64,000 nt of DNA. Source: Thermoproteota archaeon. GTDB taxonomy: Archaea > Korarchaeota > Korarchaeia > Korarchaeales > JAOZGB01. Below are positions 9,297-18,210 of this stretch, piece after piece. The notes beneath the pieces were generated by a model. The model worked only from the letters and a program-made list of their open reading frames with translations. It searched no databases and was not told the DNA's origin. The position numbers and the translations under genes were made by a program. Each line of letters begins with the position of its first letter. The first letter of the stretch is position 1. The stretch lies in the NCBI GenBank assembly GCA_037917685.1, contig JAVCBU010000016.1, forward strand, positions 21,074-85,073, written 5' to 3'.

Positions 9297-10004
9297 CTAT
9301 ATTTCTATTGAGGGCTGCGCTTCCTCCCCAAATTTCCTGATAACCCAGTCTCTAACGATACGCATGTCTTCCTTCAGCCTTTCTATCTCTTCATCCGTCA
9401 TTATTCTCTTCTTAGGGTCAGGCTTCTCGGCTGGCGTACAGTAGATGTCCATCATGTCGCCTTTCGGCTCGTCCACGAAGTGCAGTTTCACTTTAAGACC
9501 CGGGTAGACATCCCATGGGTTGATGTCTAAGAGTCTTGTGGTTATGGTTGTACAGCATCCTTCAACTCTTACATAGGCTAATATGAATGGTAGAGTCTTT
9601 AGAAACGGTGTTGCTGAGAAAGCCATCACGGAGAAAGTGAATACTTCTCCTCGCAGTGGTAGTTCAACCCACTCCGTCTCTTTCAGCTTACACCCAGGGT
9701 TCCAGCAGTGTGCCCTAGGTGGGCAGAACGTTAATCCGCAGCTTGGACATCTAGTTCCGTACAGCTTCTTCTCCAGTAATCCTTTAAAGAACTTTGAGAT
9801 CAGACCGTAGCTGTGATGGTATAGTGTTCCATGGGGCCTTTGTATGATGAGATATTCTCCCGTTGTTAGCTGGTCAAGCCTGTATCCTCTAGGCCCTTCA
9901 GCCAGCCTCCATCCCACTGGAGACCAGTTCCCCTTAAGCGACCAGGAGTCCCACTCCTTTTTGTACTCCTTGGATTTCAATACCTTTCTCGGCCTATATG
10001 CCAT
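9297..10004 (-). CDS. DUF35 Zn-ribbon/OB-fold protein (thiolase partner)
   Basis: GTRCPSCG..PPRAHC..C zinc ribbon then OB-fold; directly downstream of the thiolase; start ATG 10004 (MAYRP). Confidence 0.85.
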   Translation of the reverse strand: MAYRPRKVLKSKEYKKEWDSWSLKGNWSPVGWRLAEGPRGYRLDQLTTGEYLIIQRPHGTLYHHSYGLISKFFKGLLEKKLYGTRCPSCGLTFCPPRAHCWNPGCKLKETEWVELPLRGEVFTFSVMAFSATPFLKTLPFILAYVRVEGCCTTITTRLLDINPWDVYPGLKVKLHFVDEPKGDMMDIYCTPAEKPDPKKRIMTDEEIERLKEDMRIVRDWVIRKFGEEAQPSIEI

Positions 10005-10005
10005 T

Positions 10006-11295
10006 TTAATCACCCCTTTCAAATATTATTACTCCGGACTGACAGCCGGTACCACCGTGGCCTTGGAGAAGAGCTCTTCTAGCTCCACTTAATGCTCTAG
10101 CCTTCGTCTTCCACTTATTAGCCGTCTGCTCGGTTAGCTGCCAGTAGATCTGGACAGCTTGAGCTATCGACGTTGCCCCCACAGGGTGTCCAGCGGCTGT
10201 ATGGGCTCCACTTATCTGGCATGGAAGTTCCCCTCCCCATTCCGTCACACCCTCCCTGACAAGCTTCTTACCCTCTCCTCGCTCGCAGAACCTCAGATCT
10301 TCGTATATGCAGAGCTCAACACCATCATAGGGGTTAAAGAGCTCGGCGAAGTCCAGCTGCTTTACCGGGTTATCTATCTTAGCCATCTTGTAGGCCATGT
10401 CTCCTGAAACCCTTATAGAGCCGAAATTAGCCATTTCAGGATATGGACTGAGAGGCTTAGTAGCTACGTCCGGATATTTCTCTTCATCCTCAGGGTATAA
10501 TCCCTTATACATTGGATTGTCAACCCTGTCCCCGGGCCTCATCGTGTCTGTGCCAAGTCCTACACCTGTAATCCATACAGGTGTGTCTGTGAACTTCCTG
10601 GCGTTTTCCTCGCATGTTAGCAGGATGCATGCGGCTCCGTCACTTATCATCGCACAGTTAAGTGCACGGTAGGGCCATGAGATAAGCCTCGACTTAAGCA
10701 CATCATCGACTGTTATGAATCCTGTTCCGTGCTGGCTTCTCCACTGGGAGTAAGGGTTGAAAGTTGCGTTATTATGGTTCTTTACAGCTATCATGGCTAA
10801 GTCCTCAATCGTTTCACCATACAGGTACATGTGCCTAACCTCAAGTGCAGCATAATATCCGGTGTAATATCCCCCAACTGGGAAGTCGAAGTCTGTATCT
10901 GAGGCTGAAGCTATAAATTCATTCACTTTCGCGGTGTCAAGCTCGCTCATCTTCTCCCAGCCGACAACCAGGACATTTTTGAAGGTACCGGACTTTATGA
11001 AGAGGAAGGCGTTGATTATCGCATCTACCGGTGTTGCCCCACCAGATTCAACCCTGTAAGCAGGCTTAGGCAGGAGACCTAGATAGTCGTGAACAATCCA
11101 GTGGAAACAAAGCTGCTGCTCAAGGTGATCGCTGAAGTATGAGTAGATCACCGCATCTATGTCTTCGGGATAGTTTATGTTTGGGTTATCGTTAAGCATC
11201 TCCAACACTGCTTCCGCACACATCTCCTCTTGAAGCTCATAGCGGGGAAGGTCGAACCTCGAAATTCCCCCGCCCACTACGGCTACACGGCCCAA
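10006..11295 (-). CDS. Thiolase-superfamily protein (archaeal/SCP2 type) lacking the N-terminal nucleophilic Cys
   Basis: VVGWEKMS, AVKNH, ISDGAAC and GHPVGAT motifs; RVESGGAT where RVExACAS is expected; SD GAGGTGA upstream of TTG. Confidence 0.85.
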   Translation of the reverse strand: MGRVAVVGGGISRFDLPRYELQEEMCAEAVLEMLNDNPNINYPEDIDAVIYSYFSDHLEQQLCFHWIVHDYLGLLPKPAYRVESGGATPVDAIINAFLFIKSGTFKNVLVVGWEKMSELDTAKVNEFIASASDTDFDFPVGGYYTGYYAALEVRHMYLYGETIEDLAMIAVKNHNNATFNPYSQWRSQHGTGFITVDDVLKSRLISWPYRALNCAMISDGAACILLTCEENARKFTDTPVWITGVGLGTDTMRPGDRVDNPMYKGLYPEDEEKYPDVATKPLSPYPEMANFGSIRVSGDMAYKMAKIDNPVKQLDFAELFNPYDGVELCIYEDLRFCERGEGKKLVREGVTEWGGELPCQISGAHTAAGHPVGATSIAQAVQIYWQLTEQTANKWKTKARALSGARRALLQGHGGTGCQSGVIIFERGD

Positions 11296-11407
11296 AAACT
11301 CACCTCAAAACTCCCCACCGACATTTAAATATAAATTTTGTCTCAAAGCCATCGGCCAAAACATGAGGGGAAGTAACCAAGCCAAGCAATAGCTTCAAGT
11401 AATGTTG

Positions 11408-11437
11408 CAAATGTCCTATTCTCAAATGTCCTATTCT
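11408..11437. repeat. Perfect 15-bp tandem duplication in a divergent promoter region
   Basis: CAAATGTCCTATTCT twice, between the thiolase and CoA-transferase genes. Confidence 0.9.
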
Positions 11438-11484
11438 TTTTGTTGTGGGAGTGTTTGTTTTATGCGTAAAAGTAATAAGTAAGA

Positions 11485-12513
11485 GTGACATGTGAAGGCT
11501 TGGTGTCCGTGTTGGAGCTGTTGGATACCGGTGAGGGGGAGCTCCTCGCCTGGCTTGACCCGGACGAGCGTAGGAGGTTCGTTTCGACTAAGCGGAGGGA
11601 TCTTTTTGACAAGCGTATGAGCGTTAAGGATGCTGTCTCAAAGTTTGTTTCCAACGGCTGTTACATCGCCATGGGGGGTTTCGGGCATGTAAGGATCCCG
11701 ATGGCAATAATATACGAGATTATTAGGCAGGGGAAACGCGATCTGATTATGGCTGGTAAGACTGCGGTCCACGACTCAGACATTCTGATAGCCTCGGGGT
11801 GTGTTAGCAAGATAGAGGTTGCATACGCCTTTGGGCACGAGTTAAGGGGGCTCTCGCCGGCTTCTCGAAGAGCTGTTGAGGAGGGTAGATGCAAGGTGGT
11901 AACTGAATGGTCTAACGCCGCATATCAGTGGAGATTCCTAGCTGCAGCCATGGGGGTGTCCTTCATCCCGACCAGAGTTACCCTTGGCAGTGACACGTTT
12001 AGGAAGAGCTCGGCAAAAATCGTTAGGGACCCATTTAGCGGTAAACCCGTGTGTCTTGTCCCAGCATGCTATCCAGACGTGGTCTTCATACATGTGCATC
12101 GCTGCGATATTTATGGGAACGCGCAGATAGACGGTATTCTATGTGAGGATTTTGAGCTTGCAAGGGCGGCTAAGAGGCTGATAATAACAACGGAGGAGAT
12201 AGTGGATAGTGAGGTGATTAGAAGGGAGCCGTGGAGGACTGTGATACCTTACTTCCTTGTCGACGCAGTAGTGGAGGTCCCCTACGGGTCTCACCCGTGC
12301 AACATGCCGTACTTGTACTACTTTGATGAGGAGCATATTGGAGAATGGCTTAAACTTTCAAAAACAGAGGAGGGTGTGCAGAAATACCTTGACAAATATG
12401 TGTATGGAGTTGAAGACTTCAGCGAGTACCTGGATCTTATTGGAGGTGTCAAGAAACTCAACTACCTTAGAAGACTTGAGCAGTTGAGGGAGGAACTGAG
12501 GGTACCATGGTGA
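11485..12513 (+). CDS. Family I CoA-transferase subunit A (glutaconate CoA-transferase-like)
   Basis: IAMGGFGHVRIP, FLAAAMGVSFIP, HVHRCDIYGN, VPYGSHP; start uncertain by a few codons. Confidence 0.9.
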   Translation: MTCEGLVSVLELLDTGEGELLAWLDPDERRRFVSTKRRDLFDKRMSVKDAVSKFVSNGCYIAMGGFGHVRIPMAIIYEIIRQGKRDLIMAGKTAVHDSDILIASGCVSKIEVAYAFGHELRGLSPASRRAVEEGRCKVVTEWSNAAYQWRFLAAAMGVSFIPTRVTLGSDTFRKSSAKIVRDPFSGKPVCLVPACYPDVVFIHVHRCDIYGNAQIDGILCEDFELARAAKRLIITTEEIVDSEVIRREPWRTVIPYFLVDAVVEVPYGSHPCNMPYLYYFDEEHIGEWLKLSKTEEGVQKYLDKYVYGVEDFSEYLDLIGGVKKLNYLRRLEQLREELRVPW

Positions 12514-12519
12514 TCTGAG

Positions 12520-13290
12520 ATGGGTGAGAAGAAGTATTCTACTATAGAGCTTATGGCCTGTGTAGCGGCAAGGATCTTGGAGGATAGGAAGTCTGTGTTT
12601 GTTGGTACAGGCCTCCCAATGATCGCCGCTATGCTTGCTCAGAGAATGCATGCACCCAACTTACTAATAATTTTTGAAGCAGGAGGGATAGGTCCTCAGA
12701 TACCTGTCCTGCCGATTTCAGTTGGCGACTCAAGAACCTTCTACAGGGCTGTATCGGCGTCGAGCATGCATGATGTAATGATGCTTGCACAAGCAGGCTG
12801 GGTTGACTACGGATTCCTAGGTGCGGCGCAGATAGACATCTACGGAAACATAAACACAACAGTTATAGGCCAATGGGATAGCCCTAAGGTTAGGCTGCCC
12901 GGGAGCGGAGGTTCTAATGATGTCGGCAGCCTCTCACACAGGATAATAGTGCTCATGAAGCAGGATAGGAGGAGATTCGTTAGGAAGGTTGACTTCATAA
13001 CAACCCCCGGCTACCTTAACGGTCCAGGGGCAAGAGAGAGAGCTGGGTTGCCTGAAAATAGTGGGCCCTACAGGGTTATAACCCAACTCGGTATCTATGG
13101 CTTCGACGATGAAACTAAGAGGATGAAGCTAATCTCCCTACACCCAGGGGTAACCATTGAGGATGTGAAGAAGAATTCCCAGTTTGACATAATAATACCT
13201 GAGAAAGTGGAAACAACGGAGCCACCTACAGATGAGGAACTAAGGATACTTCATGAAATAGATAAAAGCAGGATAATTCTCCGGAAGTAA
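12520..13290 (+). CDS. Family I CoA-transferase subunit B
   Basis: FVGTGLP, IIFEAG (catalytic Glu), GAAQIDIYGNINTT, RLPGSGG. Confidence 0.9.
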   Translation: MGEKKYSTIELMACVAARILEDRKSVFVGTGLPMIAAMLAQRMHAPNLLIIFEAGGIGPQIPVLPISVGDSRTFYRAVSASSMHDVMMLAQAGWVDYGFLGAAQIDIYGNINTTVIGQWDSPKVRLPGSGGSNDVGSLSHRIIVLMKQDRRRFVRKVDFITTPGYLNGPGARERAGLPENSGPYRVITQLGIYGFDDETKRMKLISLHPGVTIEDVKKNSQFDIIIPEKVETTEPPTDEELRILHEIDKSRIILRK

Positions 13291-13602
13291 GTGAACCAAC
13301 GGGAAACGTGGAATTCTGACTTTAAGCTCGCCCAGGACAGGGGCAGGGCAGTAGCAACAGGTAGCTTAGTCATACATTTAGAGGAGCAAATGTTCTTTAA
13401 CTCTTAGAAAGCGGGTAAAGCACGATTAAAAGCGAAACTTCAATTCTTGTTCCTGTAGGAAGATATAAATCAAGGATTTTAGATTACTACTTGTCATGTG
13501 TAGTGACCACGTTTTGGCAAATCATCCAGCTTTGTTTATATTTCGATTTGCTGGTGAGTGTGAGCCCTTCTTTTCATTGTTTAAAGATGCTAGCGTTTTG
13601 TC

Positions 13603-13653
13603 TGAGATAAATTATTAACATTTCAAATTCAATATATAGTGTATATTATCTCA
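13603..13653. promoter_or_regulatory. Inverted repeats over the promoter of the RACo gene
   Basis: TGAGATAA 13603-13610 / TTATCTCA 13646-13653, with an inner AATATA-N5-TATATT at 13631-13647. Confidence 0.35.
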
Positions 13654-13672
13654 ATTAGAGAGGTGCCATCAA

Positions 13673-15559
13673 TTGCATCAATCGGGAGAGATGGTAACCA
13701 TTGTTTTCCAGCCTTTTGGTAGGAGGGTTAAGGTTAGGAGGGGGGTAAACCTTCTCGATGCAGCCATCTCCTCTGGGATTAGTATCAGAAGTATATGTGG
13801 CGGGAAAGGTAACTGCGGAAAATGTAAGGTTATTGTTAGAAGGGGTAATGTTGACTTCATATATAATCCCAAGGAGAAGCTTCTCACTGTTGAGGAATTA
13901 AAGGCTGGATATGTACTTGCATGTTTATCTCTTGTAAACTCAGACTGTGAGGTTTTTGTTCCGCCTGAGAGCAGACTTGAAGGCCAGAGAATCCTGTCAG
14001 ACGCCCTACTGCCAAAGGTGAAGCTTGAACCTATAATTAGGAAGATCTACATTCCAGCGGATAAGATAACGGATCTCCGCAGGGAAATGTTGAAAATGGA
14101 TATACCCATGGATATGGTTAGGGAAGCTGTAGAAAAGGTTCCAGAATGTGGCCTCTCAGGTGCTTCCCTCACCTACAGGCAGTGGGACGGGAACGTTGAC
14201 CTTATAGATTTTGAATGTGAGGATACAGCCGATGAAAATTACGGCCTTGCAGTTGATATTGGAACGACGAAGATAGTGGCATACCTTGTTAATCTGAATA
14301 ATGGGGAAATCATAGGTAAAGCCTCTGACTACAATAAACAGCTAATATACGGTGAAGATATAGTCTCAAGGGTTGGCTATACCATAGAGAAGAAGGATGG
14401 AGCCAAGGCCGTGCAGAGGGCTGCTGTTGAGACCATAAACAGCCTAATACTGAAGCTTATGGCAGAGCATGGTATAAACTGGAGGCACATCTACGATGTG
14501 GTGGCAGCTGGGAATACTGTGATGACCTACCTATTTGCGGGCATCAACGCCCAGCCCCTGCTTGACCCTGGGACACGTGTCCCCCCAGACGCGATTACAA
14601 TCGACACTGCAGGCATCGATCTAAGGGTGAATGAGAAGGCCCAGGTATACCTTCTACCATCGGCTGGGAGGTTCCTGGGGGGAGACGCCATAGGAGACAT
14701 ACTTGCTTCAGGGATCTTCAAGGAGGATGATGTCTGTGTAATAATAGACATCGGGACGAATGTTGAAGCTATTATGGGGAATAAGGAATGGTTCATAGCT
14801 ACCACCGCCGCTGCTGGCCCCGCATTCGAGGGATGGGGCATCCGTTTCGGGATAAGAGCTGTTGAAGGAGCCATTGACAGTGTTAAGATAGACCCTGAAA
14901 CATTGAAGGCTAAGTATACTGTTATCGGCGGGGGTAAGCCTAAAGGTATATGTGGCTCAGGCCTGATAGACACTCTGAGTGAACTCTTCACCAACGGGTT
15001 AGTTGACAGGCTTGGGAAGATAAACCGTGAAATAGTAAGCGAGTATATTAGGGAGGGCGAAGATGGGTACGAGTATGTCGTTGTCCCGGCTGAGGAGACC
15101 GAGATAGGGAGAGACATAGTAATAACCGAGAAGGACATTGCAAACCTAATAGATTCTAAGGCGGCAGCCTGCGCTGCTGTTGGGGTGCTTCTGAAAAAGA
15201 TGAATCTAACTGTCTATGACGTGAAAAAGATATTTATATGTGGGGCGTTTGGAAGCTACCTAAACCTCAACAGTGCTATAGCTATAGGGCTTATACCCGA
15301 GTTTCCAAATGCCGAAGTAAAGTATATCGGAAACGGCTCCGTTGCAGGGGCATATCTAAGCCTTGTATCCAAATCTTACCGTAAGATAGCTGAGGAGGTT
15401 GCACGAAATATAGCATATATAGACCTTCTCAAGGACAGCGATTTCATGGATGAATATACAGCAGCCTACTTCCTACCGGGGAAGAAGGAACTATTCCCAA
15501 CATGGTGGGAGGCTAGCAGGAAGATAAGGAACAAGACAGCTATGATGGGTGTACACTAA
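13673..15559 (+). CDS. Reductive activator of corrinoid proteins (RACo/AcsV-like; 2Fe-2S plus ASKHA ATPase)
   Basis: CGGKGNCGKC..LAC 2Fe-2S; DIGTT, DIGTN, AGPAFEG, GICGSG and GAFG motifs; SD GAGAGGTG. Confidence 0.9.
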   Translation: MHQSGEMVTIVFQPFGRRVKVRRGVNLLDAAISSGISIRSICGGKGNCGKCKVIVRRGNVDFIYNPKEKLLTVEELKAGYVLACLSLVNSDCEVFVPPESRLEGQRILSDALLPKVKLEPIIRKIYIPADKITDLRREMLKMDIPMDMVREAVEKVPECGLSGASLTYRQWDGNVDLIDFECEDTADENYGLAVDIGTTKIVAYLVNLNNGEIIGKASDYNKQLIYGEDIVSRVGYTIEKKDGAKAVQRAAVETINSLILKLMAEHGINWRHIYDVVAAGNTVMTYLFAGINAQPLLDPGTRVPPDAITIDTAGIDLRVNEKAQVYLLPSAGRFLGGDAIGDILASGIFKEDDVCVIIDIGTNVEAIMGNKEWFIATTAAAGPAFEGWGIRFGIRAVEGAIDSVKIDPETLKAKYTVIGGGKPKGICGSGLIDTLSELFTNGLVDRLGKINREIVSEYIREGEDGYEYVVVPAEETEIGRDIVITEKDIANLIDSKAAACAAVGVLLKKMNLTVYDVKKIFICGAFGSYLNLNSAIAIGLIPEFPNAEVKYIGNGSVAGAYLSLVSKSYRKIAEEVARNIAYIDLLKDSDFMDEYTAAYFLPGKKELFPTWWEASRKIRNKTAMMGVH

Positions 15560-15570
15560 AAAGGCTATAC

Positions 15571-15888
15571 TTATGTGAAAACTTTATTTCCTGCCCTTAC
15601 AAGCTTTTCCCATGCTAACTTCGCGTCCTCCAAGCTTCCGCCTCGCTTGTAATTCCTATAGGCCTCTAGAAACTCCATGAAGGATGTAATTAAACCGGAT
15701 TTTTCCAAGGTGATGGTTTCATTGTTAACGTTTACTTCGCCTATAATGGCGCCTTCAAGCTTTTTTTCAAATCCTAACACGTCTTTCAGGACGATTTTTC
15801 CTCCATCTATCCTGGCGACAACGATGTCTTCTCCTACAAGTTCCTCCGTGCCTGCTTCACTCCTCAAGTATACCTTATACTCGCACAT
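15571..15888 (-). CDS. cooT: CooT-family nickel-binding protein with C-terminal extension
   Basis: N-terminal MCE motif and LKDVLG; lies at the end of the CODH/ACS cluster. Confidence 0.75.
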   Translation of the reverse strand: MCEYKVYLRSEAGTEELVGEDIVVARIDGGKIVLKDVLGFEKKLEGAIIGEVNVNNETITLEKSGLITSFMEFLEAYRNYKRGGSLEDAKLAWEKLVRAGNKVFT

Positions 15889-15908
15889 AGGATCCCCCCT
15901 AGCATACA

Positions 15909-15958
15909 TCTCACGGATGGTTTAATATTTTGCTCTCACGGATGGTTTAATATTTTGC
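15909..15958. repeat. Perfect 25-bp tandem duplication containing the probable cooT TATA box
   Basis: TCTCACGGATGGTTTAATATTTTGC twice; minus strand reads GCAAAATATTAAACC. Confidence 0.9.
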
Positions 15959-16031
15959 TTAAACCCCAAAACCTGCAAATAAACGGGATGTCGGATAGAA
16001 TATGTATAAAATTGGGTGGAGCATCGGTAGT

Positions 16032-16799
16032 TTATAGTAGGCCTATTTTCCTGGCTATCTTCTGGGCTGCGATTACGGATGGAGAATCCGCTGGGAGCTT
16101 TAAAAGAGGTATCCCTTGCATGTTATATTTTTCAATGTTTTGGTCGTAGGGGATGTATCCTCCATATTTTACCTTCATTTTTTTGGCTGCATCTATCAAG
16201 ATTTCGGATAGGTTTTCGTTAAACTTGTTTCCAACAAGATATAGCTCTTTCACGTTTATATGAACCTCCTCAGTGAGATCTCTAATCCTTCTCGCGGTGT
16301 TCAGCCCCATCTTGGAGGGGTCTGTGACTATTATCATCTTGTCCACATCATGGTCTGTCCTCCGGCTTATATGTTCTAAGCCAGCCTCCATGTCCATCAG
16401 CACTATGTCATAGTTCTCTACTATCGTGTCAAGAATTCGTGATAGGACACTGTTCACATAGCAGTAACAGCCCTCCCCCTCAGTTCTCCCCATTACAAGC
16501 ATGTCAAAATCCTGTAGTTCAACCAGTGTCTCGAATACCCATGCCTCTAAGAGTTCAGACTTTGAAACATCAAGAGGGAAGGTTCCTTCCTCTATTCTCT
16601 TCTTTAATAGTGTAGCCATCGATCCTACTGTCTTCTCTATCTCAACCCCAATGGTGTCAGGAAGATTCGTAGCGGGATCGGCATCCACTACTAGGATGTC
16701 CCCTTTAACCCCTTCTTCAAGCAGAGTTTTCAAAAGTAAAGCTGCTAGGGTTGTTTTCCCAGCTCCTCCCTTTCCTGAGACTGAGATTACTATGGTCAT
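16032..16799 (-). CDS. cooC: CooC/AcsF-type nickel-insertion ATPase
   Basis: SGKGGAGKT, DADP, GCYC and DMEAGLEH; ATG overlaps the cdhE stop (TAATG). Confidence 0.9.
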   Translation of the reverse strand: MTIVISVSGKGGAGKTTLAALLLKTLLEEGVKGDILVVDADPATNLPDTIGVEIEKTVGSMATLLKKRIEEGTFPLDVSKSELLEAWVFETLVELQDFDMLVMGRTEGEGCYCYVNSVLSRILDTIVENYDIVLMDMEAGLEHISRRTDHDVDKMIIVTDPSKMGLNTARRIRDLTEEVHINVKELYLVGNKFNENLSEILIDAAKKMKVKYGGYIPYDQNIEKYNMQGIPLLKLPADSPSVIAAQKIARKIGLL

Positions 16800-18205
16800 T
16801 AGTCTTCTCCGGGCCACTTTTCTGCCAAGAACTTAGGTATACCTGAAGAGTCCAGCGGCCCCACTAGAACCTTCCATCCTGAGACTTCCTCTATTTCGCC
16901 TGATAGTCTCGAAGCACGGCCTGGGATTATCAGCTTTCTATGCTTAACCTTATCTCCGACACCTGACTCCTTAAGCGCCTCAGCCACGAGGTCAGCGGTG
17001 AGCTTCCTCCCGGCAACAGCACTTTCAACAGATAAGCCTTCTGTGTCAACCACCAGTAGATAGCAGTTTATCTTCGCTGCTTCCAGGTCTGAGAGTACAG
17101 TATAGTATGTTAGGGCGAAGTTTGTTGTGAACATTACTGGTGAGTTCTCGTCGGGGTCCCCTACAACTCTTAGCCCTGGCTCAACTGAGACAGGCTTTCT
17201 CGGGTCGGTGTATATGTTATCCCTAAGGATTAGTAGAGGCAGTATAGCCCATCCTTCGATGCTATGCATTATTATCAGGTCTACGAATCTTACTATTAGG
17301 TTGGCTGCTGTACATGCCTCCCACCAGCTTTTCTCATTCCTGTCTCCATCTACCACGAGCCATGTGGTAACTGTGGATCCTACAAGTGGGTGTCCCGCAA
17401 GCTCGTATCCCTCTTTACATGCTTTCCATCTAAGCATTGTATACGCGTTTAGGCTATGGCTTAGATACTCCCTCGGGAGCGTGCCTGGGTCAAGAGCTAT
17501 TTCTTCAAGTCCCATGGAAGTGGCTGTCTTAGCTAGCGACACAAGCTTGTCGAGGTCGTGGGATAGCAGGGTTAGGGGAACCTTGTATTTTAGGCTGAGA
17601 TCCATCATTTCAGGCCAGTTGTCAGCGGTTGCAGCGTATACGAGTGGCTTTTTGTCTGCTATAATTTTGAGGGCTTCCTCGATTGCTTTAGGGTTCAGGC
17701 TGCAGAGTACTAGGGGCCAGCTGGTCTGGTCTGCCACTAGCTTAACTGTCTTAGAGAAGAGTTCCGGGTTATTGCTTGTGCATCTAACAGCAAACATGTC
17801 TAGCATTATATCCTTCCCGATGTAGTTGTACTTTAGGCTTTCAACCTTCCTTATTCTCTCTACTACCGCGTCGTCGGGCATGGTGTCCGGGATATCTATG
17901 GCTATCGGGGTAGGGTTGAGATAGGTGAGTTCATGCCTGTACATTATGTATTCTCCGCCTATTTTAACGGCTTTCTCGCCGACTCCTACTGTGATCTCTG
18001 CGACTGCAGGCTTCAATATCGACTTTATCTGCTCGTATCCAGACTTGTACTCAGGGGTTAGCAGGGGCTTGCACTGCTCCACTATTGCCTCCATGTTTAC
18101 AAGCTTTATGGCGAGTGCCATGCAAGTTGATTCTCCACATTCTCCACAGTTCGTCCTTGGGAGAAGCTTGTATATGTCCATTGGGCTTACTCTCTTAATA
18201 GACAT
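16799..18205 (-). CDS. cdhE: ACDS gamma subunit (corrinoid Fe-S protein large subunit)
   Basis: LPRTNCGECGESTCMA, IYTDPRKPV, TTNFALTY, GLSVESAVAG. Confidence 0.95.
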   Translation of the reverse strand: MSIKRVSPMDIYKLLPRTNCGECGESTCMALAIKLVNMEAIVEQCKPLLTPEYKSGYEQIKSILKPAVAEITVGVGEKAVKIGGEYIMYRHELTYLNPTPIAIDIPDTMPDDAVVERIRKVESLKYNYIGKDIMLDMFAVRCTSNNPELFSKTVKLVADQTSWPLVLCSLNPKAIEEALKIIADKKPLVYAATADNWPEMMDLSLKYKVPLTLLSHDLDKLVSLAKTATSMGLEEIALDPGTLPREYLSHSLNAYTMLRWKACKEGYELAGHPLVGSTVTTWLVVDGDRNEKSWWEACTAANLIVRFVDLIIMHSIEGWAILPLLILRDNIYTDPRKPVSVEPGLRVVGDPDENSPVMFTTNFALTYYTVLSDLEAAKINCYLLVVDTEGLSVESAVAGRKLTADLVAEALKESGVGDKVKHRKLIIPGRASRLSGEIEEVSGWKVLVGPLDSSGIPKFLAEKWPGED

Positions 18206-18210
18206 CTCGC

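Noticed and set aside
11485-13290. IpdAB-like ring-cleaving hydrolase interpretation of the CoA-transferase pair
   Set aside because: Subunit B keeps the family I catalytic Glu (IIFEAG), favouring a true CoA-transferase
13291-13600. 310-bp intergenic stretch as a riboswitch or ncRNA
   Set aside because: No cobalamin riboswitch, tRNA or C/D motif was recognisable by eye; an Rfam search would be needed
11408-15958. Short tandem repeats as a CRISPR remnant
   Set aside because: Two abutting copies each, unrelated to one another, with no spacers and no cas genes
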